Source of the DNA: an uncultured Thermoplasmata archaeon
GTDB taxonomy: Archaea; Thermoplasmatota; Thermoplasmata; Lutacidiplasmatales; UBA184
DNA length: 64,000 nt
Assembly (NCBI GenBank): GCA_963735185.1
Contig: CAVTJV010000007.1
Span: 200,566-264,565, forward strand
Direction: 5' to 3'
A model generated the notes under the pieces. It saw only the letters and a program-made list of their open reading frames with translations, searched no databases and was not told where the DNA came from. Below, in pieces: positions 21,521 to 32,300 of this stretch. The first letter of the stretch is position 1. Every line of letters begins with the position of its first letter. A program made the position numbers and the translations under genes.

Positions 21521-22351
21521 GTGACCGCAGGCACTTCCCAACATCCTAGCGCGAGACCGGTCGCACTCATCACGGGCGGAGGGACCGGGATCGGTCGTGC
21601 GATCGGCGTCGCGCTGGCCGACGACGGCTTCAACCTCGTGATCGCCAGCCGTTCGGCGGAGCACTTATCCTCGGGCGCAGGCGAGCTGCGGGGCCACGGC
21701 GCGCGGGTGGTCGAGGTCCCCACCGACGTGAGGGTCCCGGAACAGGTCGACCACCTGATGGGAGTCATCCGCGAGGAGTACGGACGCCTCGACGTGCTGG
21801 TCAACAACGCCGCGGGCAACTTCGTTGTCCCCGCCGAGAAGATCACGACCAACGGCTGGAAGGCGGTGATCGGGGTCGTCCTCGACGGAACGTTCTTCTG
21901 CTCGAAGGCCGCACTTCCTCTCCTGCAGCGGTCCCCGACGCCGGCGATCGTGAACATCGTCGCATCGTACGCCGGCTTGGCGGGTCCGGGCAACGCGCAT
22001 TCCGCCGCGGCCAAGGCGGGGGTGATTGCCCTTACGCGGACCCTCGCGGTCGAGTGGGCTCGCTACGGGATCCGGGTCAATGCGGTCGCTCCTGGGCCAG
22101 TGCACACCGAGGCGGCGGACGAGCGGCTCTGGGTCTCGGAGTCCATCGAGAAGTCCGTGACCGCGGCGGTCCCGCTCGGACGGTTCGGGACCCCCCAAGA
22201 GGTCGCCGAGGCGGTGCGGTTCCTCGCCAGCCCCCGCGCGAGCTACATCACCGGGCAGGTCCTCGCCGTCGACGGCGGCCAATGGCTGGGGAACGCGGTC
22301 GAAGACCCGCGGGCCCCGTTCTTCGGCGGGATCGAACGACCGAAGCGCTGA
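21521..22351 (+). CDS. SDR oxidoreductase, 2,4-dienoyl-CoA reductase-like
   Basis: TGGGTGIG, NNAAGNF, HSAAAKAG, NAVAPG. Confidence 0.9.
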   Translation: MTAGTSQHPSARPVALITGGGTGIGRAIGVALADDGFNLVIASRSAEHLSSGAGELRGHGARVVEVPTDVRVPEQVDHLMGVIREEYGRLDVLVNNAAGNFVVPAEKITTNGWKAVIGVVLDGTFFCSKAALPLLQRSPTPAIVNIVASYAGLAGPGNAHSAAAKAGVIALTRTLAVEWARYGIRVNAVAPGPVHTEAADERLWVSESIEKSVTAAVPLGRFGTPQEVAEAVRFLASPRASYITGQVLAVDGGQWLGNAVEDPRAPFFGGIERPKR

Positions 22352-22359
22352 CCTAGACC
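22264..22359 (+). repeat. Copy 1 of a ~96-bp degenerate direct repeat (3' end of the SDR gene)
   Basis: Aligns by eye with 23368-23466; shared core GTCGAAGACCCGCGGGCCCCG-TCTTCGGCGGGAT. Confidence 0.85.
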
Positions 22360-22553
22360 GCGCGGAGCGGTCCTCTACTCGCGGGCGGGGGTGTGGGGCC
22401 CGACGACCGACAGCCCCCCTTGCTCGCCGGGAAAACGCGTCCACCGTACCGGCTCTCGGGGCTTCCGTACCGGAAAATGGACCCGCGTTACCGTCAGAGA
22501 ATCATCGTTCCCCGGGCATCATTCTAAGAACCCCTTTCGACCATCCTTCCCCC

Positions 22554-23342
22554 ATGCGCGCCCCCACGAGGACGGCTCAGCGACCCGACGGCTGGAAGCC
22601 GATTCCCGACCCAGATGGACGTTACTCAACGGGCATTCCGGACTTCGACCGCCTGCTCGGGGGAGGTTTCCAACGCGGCAGCATGGCGCTCCTCGCAACC
22701 GATGAGACCGTCGGGACCGAGGACCTGGACCTTCTCCTATTCCCGACCTTCCTGAACCTTCTCTATCAGTCTCGCGGGATCATCGCCGTGCTCCCCTCTC
22801 GCGACTCTCCGCACGACTTTCGGGCCCGCCTCACGCGGTTCGTGACGCGCCGACGGTTCGACAGCCGTGTCCGGGTGGTCGACTACGTCGGCGAGGACGA
22901 GGGTCCGCCGTACGTCGTGAACCTCAAGGTCATGCGACAGGACGGAAAGCAGACCCCGACCCGTACGAAGGAACGAGAACGGGCCATGGCGAAGATGGCG
23001 CAGGCCGAACGGGCGGCCCAGGGCAGCCGAAAGAAGTCGTTCCTCGAGTTCCACGCCTTCGAGGTACTCGACATGCTGGTCGGGGGGGACAAGGCGGCAC
23101 AGATGTTCTTCTACGGCGCGAAGCGGGCCCGCCACGTCGGGAACCTCGTGATCGGCCTGCTCGGGCCCGGCCTCCGCTGCGCCGCCGCCGTGCGCCGGAT
23201 GGCGGACACGGAGTTCGAGCTCCATCACGACGAGGTGGGGCTCATCATCCGAGGAATTCGCCCTTCATTTCCCAGCTACGTCGTGACGCGGGACCTCCCC
23301 GCCGGTCGGCCGCACGTCGCGTTCGTTCCCCCACCCACGTAA
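22554..23342 (+). CDS. KaiC/RAD55-like P-loop fold protein with degenerate Walker A (GvpD-like domain)
   Basis: YSTGIPDFDRLLGGGFQRGS N-terminal motif; no GKT/GKS. Confidence 0.65.
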   Translation: MRAPTRTAQRPDGWKPIPDPDGRYSTGIPDFDRLLGGGFQRGSMALLATDETVGTEDLDLLLFPTFLNLLYQSRGIIAVLPSRDSPHDFRARLTRFVTRRRFDSRVRVVDYVGEDEGPPYVVNLKVMRQDGKQTPTRTKERERAMAKMAQAERAAQGSRKKSFLEFHAFEVLDMLVGGDKAAQMFFYGAKRARHVGNLVIGLLGPGLRCAAAVRRMADTEFELHHDEVGLIIRGIRPSFPSYVVTRDLPAGRPHVAFVPPPT

Positions 23343-23367
23343 GGGAGGATTGACCAGGGCGGCGGCA

Positions 23368-23466
23368 CGCCGTCCTCGACGGTGGTCAATGGCGGGGGAC
23401 TGTGGTCGAAGACCCGCGGGCCCCGGTCTTCGGCGGGATGGAACGACCTAGGCGCTGACCTGGACC
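23368..23466 (+). repeat. Copy 2 of the degenerate direct repeat of the SDR 3' end
   Basis: Roughly 85% identical to 22264-22359, with a 3-nt insertion. Confidence 0.85.
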
Positions 23467-23532
23467 CCATCGAACGGCCCACGACCCATCGCCGCGGGGC
23501 CGACGGCCCAGGAAGCGGGACCGAGCCGCGAA

Positions 23533-24112
23533 CTACTTCCCGCCGACGGGAGGTGCCTTCTCGAGGATCTCTCGGAGGAACCACTCCATCTTCTCGTGTA
23601 GCTGGATCGTCCGGGCGAACAGGTCGGCGGTCCCCGGGTCTCCCCGCTGGTCGGCGAGCTCGAAGCCGCTCTTGAGCGTGGTCAGTACGCGACGGTGCGA
23701 AGCGACGAGGTGTTCGACCATCTCCCGGGGGGTCGGGGGAACCTTCGCTTCGACCACGAGGTTCGAGGCCGCCCGCATCGCCTCCAACGTGTACTCGGCG
23801 GGGGCTCCGAGGATCCGCTGGCGTTCGGCGAGCTCATCGATCGTCTCGAAGACCTGGGTCGCGTGATTGTCGAACAAGAGGTGGAGGTCGTGGAACGACG
23901 GGCCGAAGACGTTCCAGTGATACCCCTTGGTACTGAAGGTACAGCTGGACGGCGTTCGCCTGCTCTCGCCGTAGGGTCTCGATGACCGCAGAGGCTTCCT
24001 TTCGGTCCATAGGTCCCCTCAAACGTGAGACCGCTTTGAGCTCGTCGAGGCCCCGCCACGCCGGCCCGTCCAACGGCTCGGCCCGCTTCGGGGAAGGTCG
24101 TGCGACCGACAT
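23533..24112 (-). CDS. dps: Dps/ferritin-like DNA starvation protein; apparent +1 frameshift near 23929
   Basis: Removing one base joins the two ORFs and gives QYKGYHWNVFGPSFHDLHLLFD...IDELAER...DPGTADLF..HEKMEWFL. Confidence 0.88.
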
Positions 24113-24149
24113 GCCCGCCGGTCGGAGGACGCGGGGGGGCAGTTTCGGC

Positions 24150-24344
24150 TCAACCCCGCTGCTTCTTCAGGAACGTCTGGTGCGATGCGCTCCCCAGGAT
24201 GGCCCCGCACCACCCACAGTACACGACGGTGACCCCTCCCATCGCGACCATAGGTGTGTGGTCCCAGAGGATGTCGGTCCGGGGGTCGATGGGATGCTTG
24301 CAGGACGGGCAGAAGGGGGTAGGTGCCGTACCGGGAGCGGCCAT
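24150..24344 (-). CDS. Small zinc-ribbon protein
   Basis: CPSC...YCGWCGAILG. Confidence 0.65.
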   Translation of the reverse strand: MAAPGTAPTPFCPSCKHPIDPRTDILWDHTPMVAMGGVTVVYCGWCGAILGSASHQTFLKKQRG

Positions 24345-24452
24345 CGATCCGGTGAGCACCGCGGTGGGGAAGAGGCTTCCTCTCGGGGAGTTCGTGCGGA
24401 CCGTTCCGTCGAGGAAACGGCGGGAGCTTCTCCGGGAGACCGCGCGACGCTG

Positions 24453-25280
24453 CTAGGTGCTCGGAACGTTCCTCTCCACGAGGAATCCGTGGACGAGCGC
24501 GATGAACTGGTCGGGGTCGCTGAGGTGCGGGACATGGCCGACTCCGGGCAGGGTCCGTAGAGTGGCATTCGGCAGGTGGTCCGCCAAGAGCGCCGTGACC
24601 CGGTGAAGGAATGGGGGACTCCGCTCCCCCGTCGTGAGGAGGACCGGGACCAGTATCTCGGATAGCGCGGCCCGGTCGGGCCGGGTCAGGTCGGGGTCGC
24701 CCAGCTCCTCGACCCAGAGGTCCACCTGGCCCACGAGACCTTGTTGCACGACGGGGCGGAGCCGGTCCCACGCTCCTTCCTCTCCGGAAAGCGCGTCGGC
24801 TTCCTCCCGCAGGGCCTCTTCGGGTTGCCCGGAGCGAACGAGGGACTGCATCGTCTTCGCGGTGGCCCAGAGCCGGTCGGCCTCGGGAGCGGTCGCCGGG
24901 TCATCCTCGAGGAGACCGATGAAGGGCGGCTCATGGAGGTCGAGGCTACGGACCATCTCGGGTCGGTCGGCGGCGAGCCGGAGAGCGACGGCGCCCCCGT
25001 AGGAATGGGCGATGAGGTGCACCGGGAAGAGGTCGATCGCGTCGAGGAGCTCGGCGAGGTCGGCCGCGTCGTTCTGGACCGGGTGGGCCCGGTGTGGACC
25101 GGTGCTCTCGCCGTGACCCCGCCGGTCGTAGGCCAGGACCCGGAGCGATGGGGAGAGCCCCATGCGGACCCGTTCCCACGTGCTGCGGTCGGAGAGAGAA
25201 CCATGGATGAGGACGGTCGGGTCCCCTCGCCCCGAGAGGTCGTAGGCGATCGAAGCGTTGGAAAGCGTAGCGATGGGCAT
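24453..25280 (-). CDS. Alpha/beta hydrolase
   Basis: LIHGS, YDRRGHG, AHSYGG, GHVPH. Confidence 0.9.
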   Translation of the reverse strand: MPIATLSNASIAYDLSGRGDPTVLIHGSLSDRSTWERVRMGLSPSLRVLAYDRRGHGESTGPHRAHPVQNDAADLAELLDAIDLFPVHLIAHSYGGAVALRLAADRPEMVRSLDLHEPPFIGLLEDDPATAPEADRLWATAKTMQSLVRSGQPEEALREEADALSGEEGAWDRLRPVVQQGLVGQVDLWVEELGDPDLTRPDRAALSEILVPVLLTTGERSPPFLHRVTALLADHLPNATLRTLPGVGHVPHLSDPDQFIALVHGFLVERNVPST

Positions 25281-25436
25281 CGGACTCCGTGGCCGTTCCG
25301 CTCGGCCCCGAAGGGACGGCGGGTGGCCCTCGACCAGCCGCGGCCGAGGTCATAGCTTCGGCGGCCGTGAAGGTCATCCTCCTCGCGCCAACGGTTTTGT
25401 AGGCGGCCGCCTCCCGGCAGGACGGCAGGTGCGGTC

Positions 25437-25742
25437 ATGAGCCACCTCTTCCAGCGTCCGCTCTGTGACATGGGACGGGCGTACGACTTCGCGTTCCGGC
25501 CGATCACCGGGGACCCCGAGAGCGAGGATGGGGGCGGGTGTGACGACCGCCCTCACCTCATCGAGCTGTACGCCGCGAGCGCGGACCGGTCCTCCGCCGC
25601 CGACGCCTGGCAGGCGTTTTCCGTATGCCCCGAGCACGAGTCCCAGCTTCGCCGCTACGACGATCGGCTTCGGCAGCGCGGGATTCCTCCTCGCTTCCGC
25701 TCCACCCCCGACGGACCGACCCCCGCCGGCCGCGGACGATAA
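25437..25742 (+). CDS. Hypothetical protein
   Basis: ORF with Cys residues (CDD, CPEH) upstream of the aldo/keto reductase; start may be 25470. Confidence 0.5.
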   Translation: MSHLFQRPLCDMGRAYDFAFRPITGDPESEDGGGCDDRPHLIELYAASADRSSAADAWQAFSVCPEHESQLRRYDDRLRQRGIPPRFRSTPDGPTPAGRGR

Positions 25743-25766
25743 ACGTCCGGGCCCCTCTCCCCGACC

Positions 25767-26618
25767 ATGCCCCTTCCGAGCGGCACCTCGATCGCCTCGC
25801 GCGTCCGACTGAACCAGGGACCCGAGATCCCGTGGCTCGGCCTCGGGGTCTTCCAGACGGAACCCGGCCCGGTCACCCGGGACGCGGTGCGCTACGCCCT
25901 CGAAGCCGGCTATCGCGCGGTCGACACGGCGGCGATGTACCGCAACGAGGCCGATGTGGGGGAGGCGGTACGCGCTAGCGGCCTCGCGCGCGACGACGTG
26001 TTCATCACGACCAAGCTCTGGCACACCGACCACGGCTTCGAGCCCGCGTTGAAGGCCGGTCGCGCGAGCGCTCAGCGGCTCGGTCTCGGCCCCATCGACC
26101 TCTACCTCATCCACTGGCCGCGGGCGAACACCCCGCAGGACCGCATCGACTCCTGGAAGGCCCTCGTCCAGCTCCAGCGGGAGGGGGTCTGCCGGGCGGT
26201 CGGCGTGAGCAACTACACCGTCCGCCACCTCGAGGAGCTGCGGGCGCACTCCGATGTGGTCCCCGCCGTCGACCAGGTCGAGTTCCACCCGTTCGTCTTC
26301 GACCCGGAGCTTCTTTCCTACTGCGAATCGCACGGGATCCGTCTCGAGGCCTGGTCGCCGCTGACCCGTGGGCGGCGGCTCGACGACCCGACGGTCCTCA
26401 CGGTCGCCGCGGCCCACCATCGCACGCCGGCGCAAGTGCTGATCCGCTGGGGGCTCGAGCACGGGGTCATCGAGATCCCGAAATCGGTCCACCGCGAGCG
26501 GATCCGCGAGAACGCCCAGGTCTTCGACTTCTCGCTCTCCGCCACCGAGGTCGCCGCCCTGGACGCCTTGCGGGGGGGTCCTCGGGTCGGGATGTGGAAC
26601 CCGGCCGACATTCCGTGA
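25767..26618 (+). CDS. Aldo/keto reductase
   Basis: GYRAVDTAAMY, DLYLIHWP, GVSNY, IPKS. Confidence 0.95.
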   Translation: MPLPSGTSIASRVRLNQGPEIPWLGLGVFQTEPGPVTRDAVRYALEAGYRAVDTAAMYRNEADVGEAVRASGLARDDVFITTKLWHTDHGFEPALKAGRASAQRLGLGPIDLYLIHWPRANTPQDRIDSWKALVQLQREGVCRAVGVSNYTVRHLEELRAHSDVVPAVDQVEFHPFVFDPELLSYCESHGIRLEAWSPLTRGRRLDDPTVLTVAAAHHRTPAQVLIRWGLEHGVIEIPKSVHRERIRENAQVFDFSLSATEVAALDALRGGPRVGMWNPADIP

Positions 26619-26721
26619 CCGGAGGCGCGTCGCACGCTAGCACACCGACCCGTCAGCGAGTAGCGCTCTCCTTCACGAAATGACTTAATATAATCCGCGT
26701 CGGTGCGAACCCGGGAAATCC

Positions 26722-27000
26722 ATGGTCAGTGTCGAGGTCGCCCATGAGAAGTGCACCGGCTGTACTCACTGCCGGGATGTCTGTCCTGTGACCGTTTTCG
26801 AGATGCAGCCGCGCGAGAACTGGCCGAACGTCGTGGACGACCCCGCGGTCGCCGCGAAGTTCCAGTTCCGGGCGGAGAAGTCGATGGTGATCCACGGACC
26901 GGACTGCATCATGTGCGAGGCGTGCCTCTTCGAATGCGAAGGGGAATGCATCACGATCGTCGACGACGAGGGCACGACCCACCAGTCGACGTACAAGTAG
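26722..27000 (+). CDS. Ferredoxin, 4Fe-4S dicluster
   Basis: CTGCTHCRDVCP and CIMCEACLFEC motifs; TTAATATA box upstream. Confidence 0.9.
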   Translation: MVSVEVAHEKCTGCTHCRDVCPVTVFEMQPRENWPNVVDDPAVAAKFQFRAEKSMVIHGPDCIMCEACLFECEGECITIVDDEGTTHQSTYK

Positions 27001-27063
27001 GGTCCCTCGTTCGTTCCGCTTCGGGCGCCCGCTCGTCCGGACGCTCCTCCGCGTTCGCCGCGC

Positions 27064-28047
27064 TCAGATCGGGTGCTGGACCGGCCGGTAGAACGACGAG
27101 CGCACGTCGGCCGGCCCGCCCTGGGGCGGGAAGCGCACGCGGACCGCCGGCGACCGGCCGAACATCGTGAACTCGAGGGAGTACCAGACGGCGACCCAGG
27201 CCCCGGCGGCCTCCTGGAACGCCTCGCCGAAGTGGTAGGTAGTCTGGAGGACGCGGCTCGCGTGCCGTGCGAGCGGGTACGACCACTCGAGGGCTTCGGT
27301 CGCCGAGGTCGGCGTCCCCGCGTGCGGCACGGGTTCCATCGGTCCTTCGACGCTGCACGGACCTTCCGTGATGCCCCGGCCGAGCCCGTAGCGGGCCCAG
27401 GTGGTGCGCACGCGGTCGTCCTTCACGCTCTCCGAGACGAGCAGCCAGGAGAACGGGTTCCCGGTCGGAACCAGCTCCGCCCGCCCCCCGAGGACGTCGC
27501 GGTGACGCTCGATCGCGGCGCGCCCGGCGAGGCGAATGCCGAAGTAGGCGACGAAGAACGCGGTCAGGACCCAGAGGGTCGCGATGTAGACGCTGAGCGC
27601 GACGTGGTTCCGCTCCACCCCCAGGAGGACGTAGAACCCGATGACGGAGACGACGAGGGTCACCAGGCTGATCGCCCGGTCGGCGTCGAGGTGGACGAGC
27701 TTCTTGGAGAACGGCAAGAGCGGCGGGACGGCGAACTGCGTGAACCCGTCCTGGAGGATGTGGGCGATCCCGCCGAGCTCCATGGCCGCGAAGTACACGA
27801 GGACGGAACCGGGGAGGATCATCGGGGCGATGAACGCCCCCACGACGGCGACCACGCTCACGCCGGTGAGGGAGTGGGTGATCCCGTGGTGGCGGAACAT
27901 CGGGAACCGTTTGGCGAGGGGGAAGAGGAGCGCGTCGGCGTCCGGAAGCCCGCCCGCGAGCGCGCCCGCGGCCAGGTACTGAGGTTGCGGGCCGAACACC
28001 CCGTAAGTCAGCAGGTACGCGACGAGTACGTGCGAGAAGAGGTCCAT
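27064..28047 (-). CDS. Membrane-bound metal-dependent hydrolase (YdjM-like)
   Basis: MDLFSH, LPDAD, HHGITHS, HILQD motifs. Confidence 0.85.
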   Translation of the reverse strand: MDLFSHVLVAYLLTYGVFGPQPQYLAAGALAGGLPDADALLFPLAKRFPMFRHHGITHSLTGVSVVAVVGAFIAPMILPGSVLVYFAAMELGGIAHILQDGFTQFAVPPLLPFSKKLVHLDADRAISLVTLVVSVIGFYVLLGVERNHVALSVYIATLWVLTAFFVAYFGIRLAGRAAIERHRDVLGGRAELVPTGNPFSWLLVSESVKDDRVRTTWARYGLGRGITEGPCSVEGPMEPVPHAGTPTSATEALEWSYPLARHASRVLQTTYHFGEAFQEAAGAWVAVWYSLEFTMFGRSPAVRVRFPPQGGPADVRSSFYRPVQHPI

Positions 28048-28069
28048 GGCCGCCCCGAAGCGGGCTCCT

Positions 28070-28336
28070 CTATAGGAGTCCCTCTTCCATCACTTCGACC
28101 GACTCGACGTGCGGCACCTCGGCGAGCGCTCGCTCGGTCGACTCGAGGACCCCGCCCGTGTCGTTCATGATGACCGCGATGAGGAGGGACCGCAGCCCGA
28201 AGGCGATGTCCTTCGCCTGCATGCCCCGGATCGTGACGCCCTCCGGAAGCGCGGCCCGGACCCCCTTGGCGACCTCGCTGAGGTCGGTCTCCACGCCCTC
28301 CGGCATCACCCGGAACAGGACCGCGACCTGGCCCAT
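28070..28336 (-). CDS. ef1b: Elongation factor 1-beta
   Basis: MGQVAVLFRVMPE...IAFGLRSL pattern. Confidence 0.92.
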   Translation of the reverse strand: MGQVAVLFRVMPEGVETDLSEVAKGVRAALPEGVTIRGMQAKDIAFGLRSLLIAVIMNDTGGVLESTERALAEVPHVESVEVMEEGLL

Positions 28337-28351
28337 GAACGAACGACCCTC

Positions 28352-28525
28352 CTACGGTCCCTCGAAGCCGCACTTCGCGCACCGGTAGATCACGCTCTGG
28401 TCCCGGCAGCGAGCGCAGCGCCCGATGGTCGTCTCCCCGCAGCTCGGGCAGGGGAACTGGGTCGCCCCTTTCGCGGGCACGCTTCGCCCGCAGGAAGAGC
28501 AATGTAGGTCGACTCTGGCCGCCAT
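28352..28525 (-). CDS. Zinc-finger protein, HVO_2753/DUF1610 family (57 aa)
   Basis: CSSC, FPCPSCG, RCARCR, YRCAKCGFEGP; usual position upstream of ef1b; not in the ORF track. Confidence 0.9.
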   Translation of the reverse strand: MAARVDLHCSSCGRSVPAKGATQFPCPSCGETTIGRCARCRDQSVIYRCAKCGFEGP

Positions 28526-28546
28526 CGGATCGAGGTCCTGTGCCGT

Positions 28547-29374
28547 TCAGCGGCGCGCCGCGCCCCGCCGGCGCGCGGCCACCCGGGTGAGGAATATAAA
28601 GATGGCCCCGAAGAACGCCACGATTCCGGCGACATACCACAGCGTGTAGTCCGGTGCGGGCCCGGTCACGTAGACGGTCTGCGAGTACTGGGTCTGTCCG
28701 TTCGCGAAGGTGACGAGGCCGTGCTCCTGGGCGAGCGAGATCGCGAACGTGTGGTCTCCCGTCGACAGGCCGAGGGTCGGGTAATCGAACGTGACCTGGT
28801 AGGTCCCGTTCGGCTGGAGCCCCGGCACGCTCACGTTTCCGATGACCGAACCGTCCAGCGTCACCAGGAGGGTGAACCCGGTCACCCACGTGGAGGAGGC
28901 GACGATCATCGCCGAGACGACGTACGGCTGCACGATGTGGATGGTGTAGGTGAAGTTCGTCGACTCGTTCTGGGTCAGGTAGACGGACGAGACCATCACG
29001 TCGACCGTGAGCGTCTCGCTCGCGTTGCCGGTCGTGAGGGCGAGGCTCTTCGACTGGTTGCTGGTGAACGAGGAGGACGACGGGAGCAAGGTCACGCCGG
29101 TGAGGTTGGACGCGACCAGGGTCGCGTAGAAGGTGATGTTCCCGACGACGGTCCCATTCGTGGCCACCGCCGGTCCCCCGAAACCGTAGACCTGGTACTT
29201 GGTCGTCGACGCCGTGGAGACGAGGGTCGGTCCCGTCAACGAACCGGTCACCGCGGGCGTCCCCGCGGTCGTTCCGGCGGCGCGAGCGGTCGGGGCCAGG
29301 GCGCCCACCGTCACGAGAAGGACCGGGACCAGGAGGAGTGCGAGGACGAGCAGGGCGGCGGGTCGGGCGGTCAT
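28547..29374 (-). CDS. Secreted, C-terminally anchored beta-rich surface protein
   Basis: Signal peptide, Thr/Val-rich body with N-x-S/T sequons, C-terminal TM with basic tail; start overlaps the aglB stop. Confidence 0.8.
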   Translation of the reverse strand: MTARPAALLVLALLLVPVLLVTVGALAPTARAAGTTAGTPAVTGSLTGPTLVSTASTTKYQVYGFGGPAVATNGTVVGNITFYATLVASNLTGVTLLPSSSSFTSNQSKSLALTTGNASETLTVDVMVSSVYLTQNESTNFTYTIHIVQPYVVSAMIVASSTWVTGFTLLVTLDGSVIGNVSVPGLQPNGTYQVTFDYPTLGLSTGDHTFAISLAQEHGLVTFANGQTQYSQTVYVTGPAPDYTLWYVAGIVAFFGAIFIFLTRVAARRRGAARR

Positions 29375-32300
29375 CGGCGGGTCCACCTCCGCCGGCGCCA
29401 CCACCGGTACGTAAGGATTCCCACGACGAGGGCGATCGCGGGCACGAACGATAGGAGCGGAACGAGCCAGTCGGGTGGGAGGTTCGGAGCGGAGCCGAGC
29501 GACGGGCCTGTGACCGTCAGGGGAGGCACCCCGTTCGTGCTGCGCGCGGAGACGGAGCCGATCGGCACCTTCAGCGTCGTGCTCGCCGACACGCTCCCGG
29601 CCGATTCGACCACCCCTAGCGTGACGGTGACGGATCCCGGCGGGACGAAGACCGACGACGTGGCGGTGAGGTTGACGTACAACGTGATGTTGTCACCCGC
29701 GGCGAGCGACCGCTGGACCTGGGCCGGGGTCGCGCCCGACGACACGTTGCTGGACCAGCCGAGGCCCTCGAGCCGGGCGGAGTCCGAGATCGTCGCCACC
29801 ACGGTCTCGGCGACGTTCCCCGTGTTGGTGACGTAGAACGGGACCTCCGCGGTCGACAGGCCCACGCGGACCGGGAGGCCCGAGGGCCCGGCGGCGACCC
29901 CGTAGTACCCGACGACGTTCACGGTCGGCGCCGGACTGACCGAACCGACGACCGTCCCGTTCGCGGCCGCGAACTCGATCGCGACCGTGGGATGCGCGAC
30001 CAGCGTGCCCGCGGGCACCAGGACGCGGACCTCCGCGGAGACGACCGACCCGGACGGTCCCGGAAGCAGCGTCAGGTTCCCGACGCTGAATTCGAAGGTC
30101 CAATACGAGGGGGTTCCCACGGGGTGCACCGTAACGGGGACGTTCCCCGAGTTACGAACGGAGAACGAGAATGTGGCGACTCCTCCGGCCGTGACGGTGG
30201 TCGAGGCGGGACCGACGAGCGTCCCGGTGACCTTCACCACCGATGGGTACACGAGCGAGAGAACCGTTCCCACGTTCCCGTTCAGGATCGTCACGGTCGC
30301 CTGGGCCGAAGCGTTCGTCGTCACGCCTCCGAGGGCCCCGGCAGACTGGGCCCGAACGACGTACGTCCCGATCGGCAGGGCGAGCGCGAGCGGAGACCCC
30401 CACGCTTGGTCCGCGTAGACTGCCCGGGTCCCGAGCGAGTTCGTGACCGTCACCGTGACCGGGCCGAGTCCGCTCACGGTACCGTTCGGAGGAGCGAAGG
30501 AGATCGTGTCGACCCAGGTGGGAGTGAGGGCGATCGAGAGGGGTGAAACGGCCGTGGACGGGAGCGCCAGGAAGCTCGTGAGGGCGGCCAACGTCTGGGC
30601 GGACCCGGACCCGGTCGCGTACAAAGAGTAGGCGCCCGGGAGGAGAGGGGTCGAGAACGTTCCCGTGGAGGTCGTCAGGACCGTGGCGTTCGTGGAGGGG
30701 TACGGACCGACCAATCGCACGGTGCCCGGAACGGTGCCCGGGACCCCCGAAACCACGAGGGTCCCGTTGAGCCAGACCGGCTCGGGAACCCCGACGAGTG
30801 GAATGCTGCAGGAGGCGTTCACGGAGCCGACCGAGCAGGACGCCCCGGCCGCCGCGCTCCACGATTGGACGTAGCTCCCGTTCGCCCCCGCCACGTGGGT
30901 CGTCCCGTTGACGAAGACGGCGTAGGTCGCGCTGGGTCCCACCGGGAGGGAGAACGTCCCGTTGACGGCGTTCGCGACCGCAGCAGCCCCGGCGCGATTG
31001 ACCAGATGCACCGTTCCGCTGAGGAGGAGGGTCGCTCCCGAGGGGTTCACGAGCGTGCCGGAGAGGATGGGACCGGCGCCCGAGAGAACGATCGAGGGGG
31101 TGATGGCCCCATCGGGGGCGATGGTAACGCGGGAGAGGCTTGCGTAGGTGGTCCCGGCCACCGTAGCCGTGGCGTACGCGGAGTACGCTCCGGGAGCGGC
31201 GCGGAAGACGCTCTCGAACACGGCGCCGTTCACGCTCACGTTGAACACTGGGGACGAAAGGGACACCGTGACGCTCCCCGCCGGGACATTGGACGGGAGC
31301 GAAAGGACTCCCGTAGCGTTCACCTCCGGAACGACCACCAGCGTCAACGCGGAGCGGGTCGCGCCGACCGGGATCGTGGTCGAGAGAGGGCCCGAGGGGA
31401 GGTAGACAACCGTCCCCGACCCGATGACCGCGCGTGCCCCGACACCGTACTGTCCCGGCGGTAGCGACAGCGAGAAGGTCGGTCCGCCCGACAGGGTGGC
31501 GTTCACCGCCGTGGAGCTCTCGGCCGTGAAGTTGACCTGCACCGAGGTCCCGGACGGGAGCCCCAGCACGCTCAGCGTCACGGAGACCGGTACGAGCGAG
31601 GCCGGGACCAGTTTGACGGCGGCGAGCCCGCTGGGGGAAAGGTCGCACGTCACGGTCGACACGAACCCAAAGGCGGTGGTCCGAAGACAGTACGAACCCG
31701 CCGATAGCGGGAGCGTGGCCGGGACGTAGAGAGCGACCGACCCGTTGCTGTCCGCGACCGTCGGCACCGCGGGACCGCCCGAACCGGCGCTCACGGAGAC
31801 GGCGGCCCCCGCGGCCGGATAGACGGCGCCTCCGGACAACGGAGCCCCAACCTGGAACTCCGCACGGAGAGCGGTGACGGGAGAGATGGAGAGGGACGTG
31901 GGGGCGGAGAGCGAGACCCCGACGAGCCCCGCCGATACCGACGAGGCATCGTTCGAGGGTCCTTCGAGTGCGAGGAGCGTATAGCTCCCGGCGGGGAGAG
32001 AGAGGGCATACGCGCCTCCCGTCGCCCAGGCCACGAGCTCGTCGCCGCCGGAGGAGTAGGCGATGACCGCGGTCTTGGTCGAACCACCTTGCGGCCCGAC
32101 CGCCGAAACGCTGCCCGAGAGACGGAGGGCAGGGGCGAGCGCCAGCGGTACCGAGGGGGCGATGGTCCCGGCCACGACCGAGGTCGCGCCCAGGCCGACG
32201 TTCGTTTGTCCATCGACCAGTCCACTCGCATAGACCGAGTAGTCACCGGCGGGGAGGACCGCGGTTACCGTGCCGGAGTCCGAGCTGACGAGGACCGTAG

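Noticed and set aside
22554-23342. Gas vesicle locus
   Set aside because: Only a GvpD-like or KaiC-like domain is present; no gvpA or other gvp genes nearby
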